Notes: generated from the letters alone by a model not told the origin. DNA of 64,000 nt from Candidatus Eiseniibacteriota bacterium (GCA_965224245.1 OZ245046.1:1888001-1952000), one strand, 5' to 3'; positions 44,801-54,173 are shown, numbered from the stretch's first letter. Made by a program: numbers and translations.

Positions 44801-44841
44801 CGAGGAGCGGCGCGGCGACGCGCGCGCTCGAGGCCATCGTC

Positions 44842-45852
44842 ATGGTCGTTGTCGTCAGCATCCTGGCCGCCCTCATCGCCGTCTGGCCGGCGAGGGCGGT
44901 CGATTTCTTTGCCGCGGGCGACGCGCTGTACGGCGTGGATCCCGTCGGCGCGTCCATCCTGTGTCGGTCCGAGCCGCTCCCGGCCACGGCCAGCGACGTC
45001 GAGGTCGACCCCCACGGGCGCTACGTGGCCGTGACCACCGCCGCGGGGCTCACACTCCACGACCTCGAGTGCGCGCCGATCGGCGTCCTCGAGCTGGGCG
45101 TTCTGGACTGCGTCGAGCTGTCCCCGGACGGCGAGACGATCTACGTCCTCGTGCACCCGGCCGCCCGCCGGCGCGACGTCGGCGGACAGCACCGGCTCCT
45201 GGCCATCCCCTTCGCCGAGCCGCGCGAGCCGGTGGAGGTGTGCCGGGTGGGCGCACTCAGCTACGACATGTTTCTCTCGACCGACGGGTCCACCCTCGTG
45301 ATCACGAACAACATCGGACGGGACGTGGACGTGGTCGACGTGGCCTCGGGCAGCGTACGAACCCTTACCATCGCCGCCGGGGCCGAGCCCGAGAACGAGC
45401 TGGCCGTTCTCAGGGCGGGGCTCTGGGATGGTGCACGCTTCCGCCTGGGCGAGAGCGCGCGCACGCGAAAGCTGATTCTCTGGGACATCGACGTCGCCTC
45501 GGGAACGATGACGAAGGCCGAGCAGCCCTGGCGGATGCATGCCCTCGGGCTGGAGCGGGTAGGTGACGTGCTGGTCGTGAACGGTCTGGACCGGATCGCC
45601 TGGGGCCCGTGGTCCTCGTCCGGACTCGACGAAGAGCGCGACGTGCTCCGGGACGTCACCGGCATCGCCGCGTTCTCGAGGGACGGGTCGTCTCCCGAGG
45701 CATACCTGATCGCGCCCGCCGCGGACGGCTCACACCTCATGCGGCTCCGCGGCGGCACCGTGGAGGAGGTGCTGACGCTCCCCGGCAAGGTCACCACACT
45801 GGTGAGCGCCCCGGGCGCGACGTCCCCCGCCGCGACGCCGGTCGAGCCGTGA
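44842..45852 (+). CDS. Second secreted beta-propeller protein
   Basis: Signal peptide ending PARA; VDPHGRYVAV, LSPDGETIYV, LSTDGSTLVI. Confidence 0.7.
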   Translation: MVVVVSILAALIAVWPARAVDFFAAGDALYGVDPVGASILCRSEPLPATASDVEVDPHGRYVAVTTAAGLTLHDLECAPIGVLELGVLDCVELSPDGETIYVLVHPAARRRDVGGQHRLLAIPFAEPREPVEVCRVGALSYDMFLSTDGSTLVITNNIGRDVDVVDVASGSVRTLTIAAGAEPENELAVLRAGLWDGARFRLGESARTRKLILWDIDVASGTMTKAEQPWRMHALGLERVGDVLVVNGLDRIAWGPWSSSGLDEERDVLRDVTGIAAFSRDGSSPEAYLIAPAADGSHLMRLRGGTVEEVLTLPGKVTTLVSAPGATSPAATPVEP

Positions 45853-47606
45853 CCCCGCCTCCTCCGACGCGAGGGGAGCTCCGCTGGCTGTTCGATCGCG
45901 TCCGGCGCTACCGCGGTCGGCTCGCGATCCTGATCGGCCTGTTCGCCGTCGGCGCGGCCCTCGGGCTCGTGTACCCCCTGGTGCTCCGGTTCCTGATCGA
46001 TCGCGTGTTCACCGACCGGGACGGCCGCCACCTCCTGCCCGCGCTGGGCGTGCTCCTGCTGCTGTCGCTGGTGCAGGTCGTGGTGACCCAGGTCAGCACC
46101 TACCGGTACACGCAGCTGGCCGGCCGCGTCGTCCTGGATCTCCGGATGCTGCTCTTCCGGCACCTCGAACGTGTTCCGCTCGAGTTCCATGCCGAGCGCC
46201 GCGCGGGTGACATCGCCTCGCGCATCGGGGGCGACATCGCCGAGGTGCAGCAGGCCGCCACCGGCTCGGTGATGGCGCTCGTGACGTCGGTCCTGACGCT
46301 CCTGGCCACCGTGGGCGTGCTCGTGTATCTCGACCCGGTGCTGTTTGCGCTGTCGCTAGCGCTCGTCCCGTTCTCGTGGCTGATCGCCCGACGGTTCGCC
46401 GATCCCGTCCAGGACGCGTCCCGAGAGATCCGCGAGGCGAGCGCCGATCTGGGCTCGACGCTCCTCGACTCGATCGTCGGCCAGCACTTCATCCGGGCGC
46501 ACGGGCTCGAGACCGGCGCCGCCCGGCGGTTCTTCGGAGACGGACGCGAGATCTTCCGCTCTGTCCTCCGCGTCACGCGGCTGAACTGCTGGTCGAGCGG
46601 CCTGAGCAGCGTGCTCTCGACGGTCACCACGCTCTTCGTGCTCGGCATCGGCGGCTGGCGCGTCATCCGGGGCGACATCACGCTGGGGACGCTCCTGGCG
46701 TTCCAGATGTACGTCACCGGACTACACGGACCGATCCGGGGGTTCGTGTCGCTGTACCTCCGTCTCCAGCGCTCGGCCGTCTCCATCCGTCGCATCCGCG
46801 AGATCCTGGAGGTCCCGAGGCTCTCGCGGGGCGGATCGCGCGACGCCGACGACATCGCCGGCCACGTCACGTTCGAGCACGTCTCGTTCGCGTACGAGCC
46901 GGGAGCCGACGTGCTCACCGACGTCTCGTTCACCGTCGCGCCCGGCGAGCGCCTGGCCGTGGTCGGGCCGTCGGGCATCGGCAAGTCCACGCTCCTGGAT
47001 CTCGCGATCGGACTGCGCGTGCCCACCGCGGGACGCGTCCTCCTGGACGGCGTGCCGGTCGACGACTACCGACCCGACGCGCTTCGACGCCGGGTCGGCG
47101 TGGTCTCGCAGGACGTCTTCATGTTTCACGCCTCGATCGGCGAGAACCTCCGCCTGGTGGACCGCACGCTGACCGACGACGCGATCTGGGACGCGCTCGC
47201 GGCGGTCGAGCTGGCCGACTGGGTGCGAACGCTGCCCGAGAGTCTCGACACGTCGGTGGGCGAGCGGGCGCTCCGGCTCTCCGGTGGCCAGCGGCAACGG
47301 CTGGCGATGGCGCGCGCGCTCCTGCGTCGCCCCCGGGTGTTGATTCTCGACGAGGCCACGAGCGCGCTCGACGAGGTGACCGACGCGCTGATCCAGCGCG
47401 CGCTGGAGCCCGCCCTGGCGTCGGCGGCCACGATCGTGGCCAGCCACCGGAGATCGGTCATCGAGGCGGCCGATCGGGCGATCCTCCTCCACCAGGGACG
47501 CATCCACGCCACCGGCTCCCCGACCGACGTCCTGGCCCGGCTGGCACCGCGCGGCGGGCCGCCCCACGCCCCGTCGGCGCCGACGCGGACCCCGCTCACG
47601 CCATGA
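45849..47606 (+). CDS. ABC exporter, TMD+NBD fusion (QhpF-like)
   Basis: TM domain; GPSGIGKS, LSGGQRQR, ILDEATSALD; GTGA overlap. Confidence 0.92.
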   Translation: MTPPPPTRGELRWLFDRVRRYRGRLAILIGLFAVGAALGLVYPLVLRFLIDRVFTDRDGRHLLPALGVLLLLSLVQVVVTQVSTYRYTQLAGRVVLDLRMLLFRHLERVPLEFHAERRAGDIASRIGGDIAEVQQAATGSVMALVTSVLTLLATVGVLVYLDPVLFALSLALVPFSWLIARRFADPVQDASREIREASADLGSTLLDSIVGQHFIRAHGLETGAARRFFGDGREIFRSVLRVTRLNCWSSGLSSVLSTVTTLFVLGIGGWRVIRGDITLGTLLAFQMYVTGLHGPIRGFVSLYLRLQRSAVSIRRIREILEVPRLSRGGSRDADDIAGHVTFEHVSFAYEPGADVLTDVSFTVAPGERLAVVGPSGIGKSTLLDLAIGLRVPTAGRVLLDGVPVDDYRPDALRRRVGVVSQDVFMFHASIGENLRLVDRTLTDDAIWDALAAVELADWVRTLPESLDTSVGERALRLSGGQRQRLAMARALLRRPRVLILDEATSALDEVTDALIQRALEPALASAATIVASHRRSVIEAADRAILLHQGRIHATGSPTDVLARLAPRGGPPHAPSAPTRTPLTP

Positions 47607-48331
47607 TCGACCTTCGTGCCTCGCGCGGCTCTGGCATCCGCGTCGCCATCGTCGATTCCGGCGTCGTGGATCGGCACCCACACGTGGGCCCGGTCGCCGC
47701 GGGGTTCGGCGTCGACCCGACGCCCGACGGCCCGCGTCTCAGCGAGCGCTTCGACGACGTGGCCGGGCACGGTACCGCGTGTGCGGGAGTCGTGCGCTGG
47801 GGCGCCCCCGACGCCGCGATCGTAGCCGCGCGCGTGCTCGACGCACGCCTGACCGCGCGCGCCGACGCGCTGGAGCTCGCGCTCGACGCGCTCGTGGCGA
47901 GGCGGGTCGCCATCGTCAATCTCTCGCTGGGTGTCCCCGACCAGGAGGCGCGGGCGCGCCTGGCCCCCGTCACCGATCGCCTGACCGACGCCGGCGTGCT
48001 GATCGTCTCGGCGGTGCGTCCCGACGGTCGGCCGAGCTGGCCGTCCGACGACGCGCGAGCGTTCGACGTTGCCGCCGACCCCTCCCTCTCCCGCTGGCAG
48101 TATCGGGCCGGTGGACCCGGCGAGGCCACGTTCGTCGCCGCACCCACTCCTCGCCCCATTCCCGGCCGGCCGGAGACGGGCAACTACTCGGGCACGAGCT
48201 TCGCCGCGCCCCGGATCGCCGCGCTGCTCGCACGCGCGCTGGCGATCGACCCCACGTTGACGCGTGATACGCTGATCGACGTCCTGATCGCCAACGCACC
48301 GCACTTCGATCACACGAGGGCCTCGTCATGA
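47603..48331 (+). CDS. Small cytoplasmic subtilisin-like (S8) peptidase (QhpE-like)
   Basis: Triad motifs VAIVDSG, GHGTAC, SGTSFAAP; VNLSLG; no signal or propeptide; ATGA overlap. Confidence 0.88.
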   Translation: MIDLRASRGSGIRVAIVDSGVVDRHPHVGPVAAGFGVDPTPDGPRLSERFDDVAGHGTACAGVVRWGAPDAAIVAARVLDARLTARADALELALDALVARRVAIVNLSLGVPDQEARARLAPVTDRLTDAGVLIVSAVRPDGRPSWPSDDARAFDVAADPSLSRWQYRAGGPGEATFVAAPTPRPIPGRPETGNYSGTSFAAPRIAALLARALAIDPTLTRDTLIDVLIANAPHFDHTRASS

Positions 48332-49917
48332 CGTCGCGAGACGGCCGCGCGCGCAGGCTGCGCATCGGCTTCTTCCAGTACGAGCTCTCGCACCCGAACA
48401 ACGCCCCCCACGTGGGCATGTGCCTGCTCCTGGCCGACCTGCGTCGCGCGGGACACGAGGTCGACGCCGCCCTAGTGCACGCGCAGGCCGTCGACCTCTT
48501 GATCGATGCCATCCGCGATCGCGCGTACGACTTCGTCGCGTTCGACGCGATCTTCACCGTGCCGGTCCTCGACCGGGTGAAGGCCGCGTGCCCGGACGTC
48601 CCCATCCTGGTCGGCGGGAACAATGCGCTGGCGCTGATGCTGCTCTCGCGCGCGGACTTCGCGATCGTCGGCCCCGCGCGTTCGGCGATGCTCCGGTTCG
48701 TCGAGGGCGTCGCGTCGGAGACCCTCCCGGCCGGCGTACCGAACCTGTTCGTCCGCCTTCCGGACGGCCGCGTGGACCACTCCGGCGTTCACGCCGACTG
48801 GGCCGTGCACGGGGAGCTGGCCGACTACGCGCCCGATCTGGACTGGGGGTATCTGGGTCCGTCCCGCGCGCCCGGATCCAACACCCGCTTCGCGAGCGTC
48901 GTCCCCGAGTGGGGCTGCGCGTTCCAGAACGACTCGCTGACGGGACCGGCGTTCGATGCGCTGGAGCGGGGCGGCGTCAGCGACGTCGTGTCGTCTCTAC
49001 CCCTGACCGACGCGGCGCGGCGGGCCGTGCAGCCCTACGCCTCCAACACGCGCGGATGCTCGTTCTGCGCGTTTCGGTACCAGCCGTACACGATCGATCG
49101 GGTCACGACCACCATCTCGCGCGTGATCGATCAGATGACGTTTCTGTCCACGCGATACGGCGTGACCGAGTTCTCCATCCAGAGCGAGAACCCGTTTCGC
49201 TTCCTCGAGCCGCTGATCACGGCGCTCTCGGAATCCACGCTCAGGGTGGACAAGCTCCTGATCCGCACGTTCCCGGCCATCCTCGCCCGCAACGCGGACG
49301 TGGTCCGCCAGGCCCTCTCGCATGCGCTCGACCGGGGCATCCGAGTTCGCCTGCAGCAGCTCGGGTTCGAGAACTTCTCGCAGCCCGAGCTGGATCGGCT
49401 GGGCAAGGGCATCTCGGTGGAAGAGAACGTGGCCGCCGCCCGTCTCCTGACCGAGCTGTCGGACGCACTCGGCGACGGCGTCGAGCTGTTCGGCGGCCAC
49501 GGGTTCATCCTGTTCACGCCGTGGACGCGTCCCTCGGACATCGTGCAGAACGTCCGCACCGTGGCGAACGACGCCCCGTTTCTCGCCGACTCCTTGACGC
49601 CCGCGTCACGGCTCTGCTTCTACGATCCCTTCAACCCGATCTTTCGGCTGGCCGAGCGCGAGGGCCTGGTCGTGCGCGTCCCGCACGACTACACCCTCGA
49701 CTTCCGGTACGCCGATCCCGACACCCGCCGGATGCTGAAGCTGGCCGCGGCGCTCGAGGGACACCTGGTCCGGCACGGAGCCGAGGCCGGCTCGTGGCTG
49801 TCGACCACGGTGCTCCGCGAGACCGCATCGCTGTTCGCGGGGTCGGACACAACCCCCCGAGATCCGGAAGCGCTCTTCCGGACGGCCGAGGCCCGCGTCA
49901 GGAGCGCCATCGCCTAG
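48328..49917 (+). CDS. Cobalamin-binding radical SAM protein with split cluster motif
   Basis: N-terminal B12-binding-like fold (LRRAGHEV, PILVGG, ADFAIVG, VPNL); WGC-x46-CSFC; GFENFSQPELDRLGKG; FILFTPWT. Confidence 0.75.
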   Translation: MTSRDGRARRLRIGFFQYELSHPNNAPHVGMCLLLADLRRAGHEVDAALVHAQAVDLLIDAIRDRAYDFVAFDAIFTVPVLDRVKAACPDVPILVGGNNALALMLLSRADFAIVGPARSAMLRFVEGVASETLPAGVPNLFVRLPDGRVDHSGVHADWAVHGELADYAPDLDWGYLGPSRAPGSNTRFASVVPEWGCAFQNDSLTGPAFDALERGGVSDVVSSLPLTDAARRAVQPYASNTRGCSFCAFRYQPYTIDRVTTTISRVIDQMTFLSTRYGVTEFSIQSENPFRFLEPLITALSESTLRVDKLLIRTFPAILARNADVVRQALSHALDRGIRVRLQQLGFENFSQPELDRLGKGISVEENVAAARLLTELSDALGDGVELFGGHGFILFTPWTRPSDIVQNVRTVANDAPFLADSLTPASRLCFYDPFNPIFRLAEREGLVVRVPHDYTLDFRYADPDTRRMLKLAAALEGHLVRHGAEAGSWLSTTVLRETASLFAGSDTTPRDPEALFRTAEARVRSAIA

Positions 49918-49993
49918 CACCCGTGTGGATCGCACACGCCTGACCGAGCACTCGCACGACGCTACCGATCATGACGACGCCGCACGTGGACCG

Positions 49994-51898
49994 CTAGCGT
50001 GATCCCCATCGGTCGGCGTCCAGACCGTTCTCGGCACGTCGGAGTCGCACGAGCTCGCCCTCCATCGCGTCGAGCGGGGGCCAGGGGCTCAGGAGATAGC
50101 CGTGCGGCCGCCCGCGCGCGAGGAACCGCTCCGCCAGACGAACGGCCGGCGCGGACCGCGGTCCCTCGGTGAGCCGCACGAGGTTGTAGGCCGCGATCGG
50201 AAACCCGGGGTCGGCGGCCATCGCCTCGCGGAAGTGCCGCTCGGCGGCGTCCCGATCGCCGCGAAACACCGCGATGGTGCCCAGCCCGCACGACACCTCT
50301 GCCCCGGGGGCCCCGACGCGTCCGGCGGCGCGAAACCCGTCGGCCGCCTCGTCGAGCTCGCCGCGCTCGAGGCGCGTGATCGCATGGAAGTGCCGGAGTC
50401 GCGCGTCCTCGGGGCGCCGGGACAGCCCGGCGGCGACGTCGGCCAGGGCCGCGTCGACGAGGCCGACCCGGAGGAGGTGACCCGCCCGCTCGAGGTAGGC
50501 CAGCGCCGTCGCTTCGCCGCGCTCGGCGTCCGAGGTGTAGGCGGTGAGCCCCGGGAACATGCGCTCGATCGGCCAGCGCTCGACCGCGCGAGAGAGCGTG
50601 CGCCGCGCGGACGTCCGCATCAGTGCGATCCGCTCCGGGGTCAGCGCGTTGCCGGGATGACGCCGCACCTCGGTGAGGGCGAGATCGAGCACGGTCACCG
50701 GGCCGCGCGCGGCCAGCTCCATCCACATGCCGTAGTCCTGGGCCCGCGTCAGGGACTCGTCGTACGGGGCATCGCCCAGCGCCCGGAGGTGCTCGGTGCG
50801 CACCATGACCGTGGGCCCCAGGAAATGCGAGCCCCCCAGGAGCAGCCGTAGCGTCTGACCGGGATCGAAGTTCACGACCGGTCGCCACTCGAGGAGATCC
50901 CCGGTGGGCCCGATCGCGTAGTGGTGCGTCGCGCCGAAGACGGCGTCCGGATGTGCGGCCATGTGCGCCGCTTGCAGCTCGAGCTTGCGCGGCAGAAAGC
51001 GATCGTCGTCGTCGAGCCAGGCCACGAGCTCGGTCTTCACGTGCCGCAGCGCCTCGTTCATCGCCCCGGCCTGTCCGCGACGCTCGATCTCGATCAGCGT
51101 GATCGCCTCGCCGAACGGGTGCGCGATCTCGCGCGTGACGGGTGCGCTCCCGTCGGACACCACGATCACGGCGGCCGCCCGTGCGGTCTGCCCGAGCGCG
51201 CTCCGGATGGACTGGGCCAGCCACGGCGAGCGTCCGAGCGTCGGGATCACGACGGTGACCGGAACCCGATCGGCGTCCACGTCGACGTGTACGACGCCAC
51301 TCGCGGTCGCCGCATCCGCACGCCCCACGTCCGCGTGGCCCGCGCCGTCGACGTCGGTGCCGGCGTCCGGCTCGTCCGCCGCGGACGCCTCCACCCGCAC
51401 GAGGTAGCGCCCCACCTCCCCGATCGGCACCGGATACGCGAGACGGGCCAGCGGCGTGTAGTCCACGAGGACCGGCGTCGGCGATGGATGTCGTCCCGGG
51501 ATCACGTGATCGATCCGGCGCTCGCCGCGCCCGACGACGAGCACGACGCCGCCGGGAACCACGTGCTCGAGCACGTCGGCGGCGCGGAGATCCCCCCACG
51601 CCCCGTCCGCATCGAGAACGATCGTGTCCCAGACGCCGTCCAGCGTGCGATCGGCGCCGTGTGTGACGTAGTCGGCCACCCCCAGCTCCGCGGCACGACG
51701 CAGCAGATGCAGGCGGAGGACGGGATCGGCCACGCCGTGCATCACGCTCGGTACGCGCTCCCAGAGCGCCTCCGGGATGCCGTCGCACGGGACGCCGAGC
51801 ACGAGCGTGTCGCCGGACGCCAGGGCCGCGATGCGCGCGGCGAGCCGGCGCTGGCGCGGGACCGCTCCCTCGTGAAAGCCGCCGGGCCCGCTCAGCAT
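49994..51898 (-). CDS. Family 2 glycosyltransferase with C-terminal TPR region
   Basis: VTVVIPT, SALGQT, VSDGS, WLDDDD, QDYGMW; TPR-like helices. Confidence 0.85.
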   Translation of the reverse strand: MLSGPGGFHEGAVPRQRRLAARIAALASGDTLVLGVPCDGIPEALWERVPSVMHGVADPVLRLHLLRRAAELGVADYVTHGADRTLDGVWDTIVLDADGAWGDLRAADVLEHVVPGGVVLVVGRGERRIDHVIPGRHPSPTPVLVDYTPLARLAYPVPIGEVGRYLVRVEASAADEPDAGTDVDGAGHADVGRADAATASGVVHVDVDADRVPVTVVIPTLGRSPWLAQSIRSALGQTARAAAVIVVSDGSAPVTREIAHPFGEAITLIEIERRGQAGAMNEALRHVKTELVAWLDDDDRFLPRKLELQAAHMAAHPDAVFGATHHYAIGPTGDLLEWRPVVNFDPGQTLRLLLGGSHFLGPTVMVRTEHLRALGDAPYDESLTRAQDYGMWMELAARGPVTVLDLALTEVRRHPGNALTPERIALMRTSARRTLSRAVERWPIERMFPGLTAYTSDAERGEATALAYLERAGHLLRVGLVDAALADVAAGLSRRPEDARLRHFHAITRLERGELDEAADGFRAAGRVGAPGAEVSCGLGTIAVFRGDRDAAERHFREAMAADPGFPIAAYNLVRLTEGPRSAPAVRLAERFLARGRPHGYLLSPWPPLDAMEGELVRLRRAENGLDADRWGSR

Positions 51899-51917
51899 CG
51901 GAGCCGCTCCGGCCGGC

Positions 51918-53480
51918 TCACGACGCGGGGCTCCAGAAACGCGCGGGTCGGATCGGTCCTCCGAAGCGCGGACTCTCCAGCAACTCGGCGTAGCGCTCGA
52001 CCATGCGCTCGCTCTCGCCCGGCACGCGGAGCCCGGGCAGATGCTCCATCGTCCGGAACAGCTCGGGCGTCACGCGATAGGCGAGGCGCTCGCGCTGGCG
52101 GAGCCGGAGCTTCAGCGTGGCCTCGACGCGTGCGTCGGCGGGAAGCGCATCGCTCTCGACACTGATCGCACCGGCGTCGATGGGCGCGTGCCAGCCCAGG
52201 GACAGCGCCTCGAAGTCACGCGGCGCCTCCATCCGGAGCCGGACGCCGTACGCCCCCGGATCGCGGAAGATCGCGGTCTCCGGAAACGCGACCACCGGGA
52301 GCACGTTCGTCATGACGCCTCGCTCGTTCAGCGCGGCGATCATCGCATCGGAGGCCGCGATCGTGTCGGGCGTCTCGCCGGGGAGTCCCACCATCAACGA
52401 CGACTGCAGGTGCGTCAGGCCGCGGGCCGCGAGCCGGTCGAATGCGGCCAGCAGCGCGTCGTCGGTGATGTCACGTCCCGCGCGGCGGCGCACGCGCTCG
52501 GCACCCGCCTCCACGCCGAGCCACACACGAAGGCGAGGGGTGCGGGCCGAGATGCGCGCCAGGGCATCCGCGGCGCGGTCGGTGATCATGCCCGGGTGAA
52601 CGTCCACGAGGACGGCGGCCGCGTCACCGTGGGCCTCGAGCGCGGCGGCCAGCGCCTCCAGCGGCCTGGGGCCGGAGAAGTGCTCGGGCAGGTACAGCGG
52701 CACCTTGCGGGCCAGCATGTCCGGTATCTGCTCGTCCAGCTGACGGGCGAGGGACTTCTGAAGCGCGGGAAACAGCCGCTCGGAGTTCAGTGAGCAAAAC
52801 GTGCACGGCTTGGGGCAGCGCCCGCGCATGAACGGCAGGCCGATGTAGCGACCTCGCCCGCGCGGCCACACGAGATCGGGGTCGAACGAGAGCGTGACCA
52901 CCTCGTCCGGCGGCGTGGGCGCCGCCGGGGTACCGTCGCCGACGAGCACACCGTCCCGATCGCGGCGCACGACCCCCGGAACCGACGAGACCCGATCGGC
53001 ATCCAGGCCGGCCAGGAGCGCCGGATACGCCGCGTCACCGTCGCCGATCACGATCGAGTCCACGGCCGGCACCGAGCGCAAAATGGGCTCGGCGAGGGCT
53101 CCGGCGTGAACGCCGCCGAGCGTGACGTGCACCGACGGATCGAGCTCCTTGATCCAGCCGGCCACCGCGAACGCACCGGCGCTGTGGTACGACCAGTGGC
53201 ACTGGATCCCGACCGCCCGCGGTGCCATCTCGTCCAGAACCCGTGCGAGAAGATGACGCCAACGATCTTCCCCCCAGCGACTTCGGGCCTCCATTCCCGA
53301 GATGGTGGCCGCCGCGTCGTGCAGCTGGACCAGCACCGGATCGTGCCCGTGACGGCGGCACGCCTCGGCGACGTACAGGAGCCCCATCGGGATGATGTCG
53401 GCCGTTCCGTGCCAGTCGCCCGGACTCTGCATCGGATACGGCGGTGGATGAATGAGGACGGGGTTCTTCACCGGTTCCAT
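51918..53480 (-). CDS. Cobalamin-dependent radical SAM protein
   Basis: LIHPP, PMGLLYVA, LGGVHA, VDSIVIGDGD, RGRCPKPCTFCS, GVEAG, MVGLPGET. Confidence 0.85.
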   Translation of the reverse strand: MEPVKNPVLIHPPPYPMQSPGDWHGTADIIPMGLLYVAEACRRHGHDPVLVQLHDAAATISGMEARSRWGEDRWRHLLARVLDEMAPRAVGIQCHWSYHSAGAFAVAGWIKELDPSVHVTLGGVHAGALAEPILRSVPAVDSIVIGDGDAAYPALLAGLDADRVSSVPGVVRRDRDGVLVGDGTPAAPTPPDEVVTLSFDPDLVWPRGRGRYIGLPFMRGRCPKPCTFCSLNSERLFPALQKSLARQLDEQIPDMLARKVPLYLPEHFSGPRPLEALAAALEAHGDAAAVLVDVHPGMITDRAADALARISARTPRLRVWLGVEAGAERVRRRAGRDITDDALLAAFDRLAARGLTHLQSSLMVGLPGETPDTIAASDAMIAALNERGVMTNVLPVVAFPETAIFRDPGAYGVRLRMEAPRDFEALSLGWHAPIDAGAISVESDALPADARVEATLKLRLRQRERLAYRVTPELFRTMEHLPGLRVPGESERMVERYAELLESPRFGGPIRPARFWSPAS

Positions 53481-53627
53481 CCGAGGGAGGGCGGTCCGAT
53501 CGGCCACCGCGGGTGTGCGGGCGCCGCCGGACTATAGCACACGGCACGCGACGTACGCGGCTCCCCCGACGCCGACAAGTCGTTCTTCGTCAGTATGTTG
53601 GGCGGGACGGCGGCTCCACCGGCCCCA

Positions 53628-53657
53628 TTGACCGGGGCCGAGCGCGGTCGGTATGCT
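53628..53657 (+). promoter_or_regulatory. Candidate sigma70 promoter upstream of a structured leader and the Fe-S carrier gene
   Basis: TTGACC-N18-TATGCT. Confidence 0.45.
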
Positions 53658-53668
53658 GGGTGCGAACG

Positions 53669-53826
53669 GGTCGTGGAGGGGCGCAGAACGGTCACCGCCG
53701 CGGCCGGCCCCCGCCGAGCACGCTCCGGCGCCGCTCAGGGGCCGGAACCCACTTGCCGATCCGTACGTCCAACCGGCGGACAGTCACGAACCGCGGCGGG
53801 CGCCGCGAGGCCCCGCTTCTTCGACC
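53669..53826 (+). ncRNA. Candidate structured RNA (rod-like leader or small RNA), family unassigned
   Basis: Nested complementary segments 53669-73/53822-26, 53678-82/53810-14, 53695-703/53791-99, 53711-16/53774-79, 53724-29/53741-46. Confidence 0.3.
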
Positions 53827-53840
53827 AGGAGCACACGTCC

Positions 53841-54173
53841 ATGGAAGCCACGACACAGATCACGCTCACCGACTCGGCGGTCGGCAAGATCGCGGAGATC
53901 ATCCAGGAGGAGGGCCGCGAGGGGAAGGGACTGCGCGTCTTCGTGGAAGGCGGCGGCTGCTCGGGCTTCATGTACGGGTTCGAGTTCGACGATCCCCGCG
54001 ACGGCGACACGATCGTCCCCTGCGGCAGCTTCGACGTCGTCGTCGACCCGTTCAGCCTGGGGCATCTGAAGGGCTCGGTGATCGACTTCACCGACGGACT
54101 TCAGGGCAAGGGGTTTCAGGTCACCAATCCCAACGCCACCGGGACCTGCGGCTGCGGTCAGTCGTTCAGCTGA
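53841..54173 (+). CDS. HesB/IscA/ErpA family A-type Fe-S carrier
   Basis: ITLTDSA, LRVFVEGGGCSGFMY, NPNATGTCGCGQSF. Confidence 0.95.
   Translation: MEATTQITLTDSAVGKIAEIIQEEGREGKGLRVFVEGGGCSGFMYGFEFDDPRDGDTIVPCGSFDVVVDPFSLGHLKGSVIDFTDGLQGKGFQVTNPNATGTCGCGQSFS

Noticed and set aside
41913-48331. Calling the locus a canonical QHNDH (qhpABCDEFG) and assigning qhp gene symbols
   Set aside because: The alpha subunit and QhpG were not found in the window and the precursor deviates, so orthology needs HMM or phylogenetic confirmation.
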